From NCBI RefSeq assembly GCF_003334385.1, contig NZ_QOWN01000156.1: a stretch of 639 nt of DNA; one strand, 5' to 3'. The position numbers were made by a program, and so were the translations under genes. The stretch comes from Escherichia coli (GTDB lineage Bacteria; Pseudomonadota; Gammaproteobacteria; Enterobacterales; Enterobacteriaceae). Below, piece after piece: positions 1 through 639 of the stretch. Position 1 is the first letter of the stretch; each line of letters opens with the position of its first letter. Below the pieces are notes generated by a model. That model was not told where the DNA came from and made no database searches. It was given only the letters and a program-made list of their open reading frames with translations.

Positions 1-150
1 GATTATCAGCCAGGATTCGTCAAAGTCCGGGATATAACGGCGGTTCTCCGGCAGGAAAAACTCCCTCGCCAGTATCACACTGTGTTCCTTCAGTAACGCC
101 TGCAGACCATACTCCAGATAGCGATTCCTGGTAGCCAGAATCACCTTCAT
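1..150 (-). CDS. Hypothetical protein, N-terminal 50 codons only. 3'-partial; the gene continues beyond the window's left edge.
   Basis: ATG at 150..148 (minus), preceded by an AGGAAGG Shine-Dalgarno at 7-nt spacing. The frame is open for all 50 codons to position 1: MKVILATRNRYLEYGLQALLKEHSVILAREFFLPENRRYIPDFDESWLII... It is absent from the ORF track, presumably because it has no in-window stop. I do not recognise the family from this fragment. Confidence 0.45.
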   Translation of the reverse strand, partial: MKVILATRNRYLEYGLQALLKEHSVILAREFFLPENRRYIPDFDESWLII

Positions 151-157
151 CGCAGCA

Positions 158-164
158 CCTTCCT
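158..164 (-). promoter_or_regulatory. Shine-Dalgarno / ribosome-binding site for the downstream minus-strand gene
   Basis: Minus-strand AGGAAGG (plus 158..164), then a 7-nt spacer (UGCUGCG), then ATG at 150..148. Confidence 0.5.
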
Positions 165-187
165 GTTTTTTATGCCCCATGAAAAAC
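165..187. repeat. AT-rich near-perfect inverted repeat (10-nt arms, CCC centre)
   Basis: Plus strand 165..174 gttttttatg and 178..187 catgaaaaac are reverse complements except for one T/G position. It lies between the terminator stem and the downstream gene's Shine-Dalgarno, and its right arm is the terminator T-tract. Confidence 0.4.
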
Positions 188-214
188 GGCAGACCAGAGT
201 CCTGCGCCTGCCGT
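181..214 (-). terminator. Putative Rho-independent terminator of the adhesin gene
   Basis: Minus-strand RNA reads CGGCAGGC-(11-nt loop GCAGGACUCUG)-GUCUGCCG followed by UUUUUC. This is an 8-bp GC-rich stem with one G.U wobble (plus-strand arms 187..194 and 206..213) and a T-tract at 186..181, about 25 nt downstream of the TAA stop. On the plus strand the same stem would have an A-C mismatch and no trailing U-tract, so it is directional for the minus strand. Confidence 0.55.
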
Positions 215-238
215 CATACTTCATGTCACCTTCAGCAA

Positions 239-639
239 TTAAAACTCGAAGTTCACACCAACATTCCAGGAGGCATCGCCATCACTGAATGCCACGCCTG
301 CTTTCGCTGCGGTCTGCTCGTTGAAGCGGTAACCCACACCCACTGCCAGTGCCTGCTGGTCGCTGTAACCACCAACCGCTGCCGTGGCGTTGAATTTACC
401 CACACTGTACGGCTGGAACAGACCTGTCAGGGCCGCAGACTGTGCTGCTGCTCGTTTCATTTCCTTATGGTTTTCATTAATCTGGCGCTGCTGGCTGTCC
501 AGACGTGCTGAATGTTGCTGCAGCGTACGGGTATTGGCTGCAATCGCCTTGCTGTTTTTCTCAATGGATTGCGTGTTACGGGTGACACGGCCATCAATGG
601 CACCAACTGCTGCATCAATACGGTCAGTACGACCAGACA
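239..639 (-). CDS. Trimeric autotransporter adhesin (YadA/Eib-like), C-terminal part: coiled-coil stalk plus beta-barrel membrane anchor. 5'-partial; the gene continues beyond the window's right edge.
   Basis: Minus-strand frame with first full codon at 637..635 is open from the window edge to TAA at 241..239. Translation: [132 protein letters not shown]. The last ~65 residues ([22 protein letters not shown]...WNVGVNFEF) have the Gly/Ala-rich alternating pattern and terminal aromatic (Phe) typical of the YadA-type anchor. The upstream ~60 residues show a strict heptad with hydrophobic a (I/V/L/M) and polar d (N/N/N/H/Q/N) positions. The ATG at 460..458 that starts the 73-aa track ORF is in this same frame and is an internal Met. 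Confidence 0.85.
   Translation of the reverse strand, partial: SGRTDRIDAAVGAIDGRVTRNTQSIEKNSKAIAANTRTLQQHSARLDSQQRQINENHKEMKRAAAQSAALTGLFQPYSVGKFNATAAVGGYSDQQALAVGVGYRFNEQTAAKAGVAFSDGDASWNVGVNFEF

Noticed and set aside
151-238. Sigma70 promoter for the downstream gene in the 88-bp intergenic region
   Set aside because: The best -10-like hexamer (minus-strand CATAAA, 4/6) has no acceptable -35 at 16-18 bp spacing and no extended TG. This is not strong enough to call by eye.
355-362. Chi-like octamer gctggtcg
   Set aside because: It has one mismatch from the canonical Chi GCTGGTGG, and Chi activity is sequence-strict. Treated as coincidence within coding sequence.
444-452. GCTGCTGCT trinucleotide repeat
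   Set aside because: It is simply the codons for an Ala-Ala-Ala run (RAAAQ) in the adhesin; it is too short to be a meaningful simple-sequence repeat or slippage tract.
239-460. The 73-aa minus ORF as a stand-alone gene
   Set aside because: The same frame stays open upstream to the window edge with a continuous coiled-coil register, so the Met is internal. It is reported instead as part of the 239..639 partial CDS.
179-511. Plus-strand 110-aa ORF from the track (MKNGRPESCACRHTSCHLQQ...)
   Set aside because: It lies antisense to the well-supported adhesin CDS and spans the terminator hairpin. It is Cys/His-rich with low-complexity composition, has no Shine-Dalgarno upstream of its ATG (an A/T-tract only), and looks like a typical antisense shadow ORF of a GC-rich coding region.
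1-639. CRISPR array, tRNA/rRNA, or IS/transposon ends
   Set aside because: There are no direct repeats with spacer periodicity, no tRNA-like cloverleaf segments, and no terminal inverted repeats or transposase-like reading frames in either strand.

Overview
This 639-bp window is entirely minus-strand. It holds (i) the 3' end of a gene for a trimeric autotransporter adhesin (YadA/Eib-like): a coiled-coil stalk with a polar-core heptad register followed by a C-terminal beta-barrel membrane anchor ending in ...WNVGVNFEF, running off the right edge (239..639); (ii) a hairpin plus T-tract intrinsic terminator just downstream (181..214); (iii) an AT-rich inverted repeat overlapping the terminator T-tract (165..187); and (iv) the start of a second minus-strand gene with a good Shine-Dalgarno, running off the left edge (1..150), of unknown function. 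The 73-aa minus ORF in the supplied track is the tail of gene (i), since its Met is internal. The 110-aa plus ORF is an antisense shadow. I see nothing that supports a novel multi-gene system: there is one partial adhesin gene and one unidentified gene start. All identifications are from reading the translation by eye; no database search was run.
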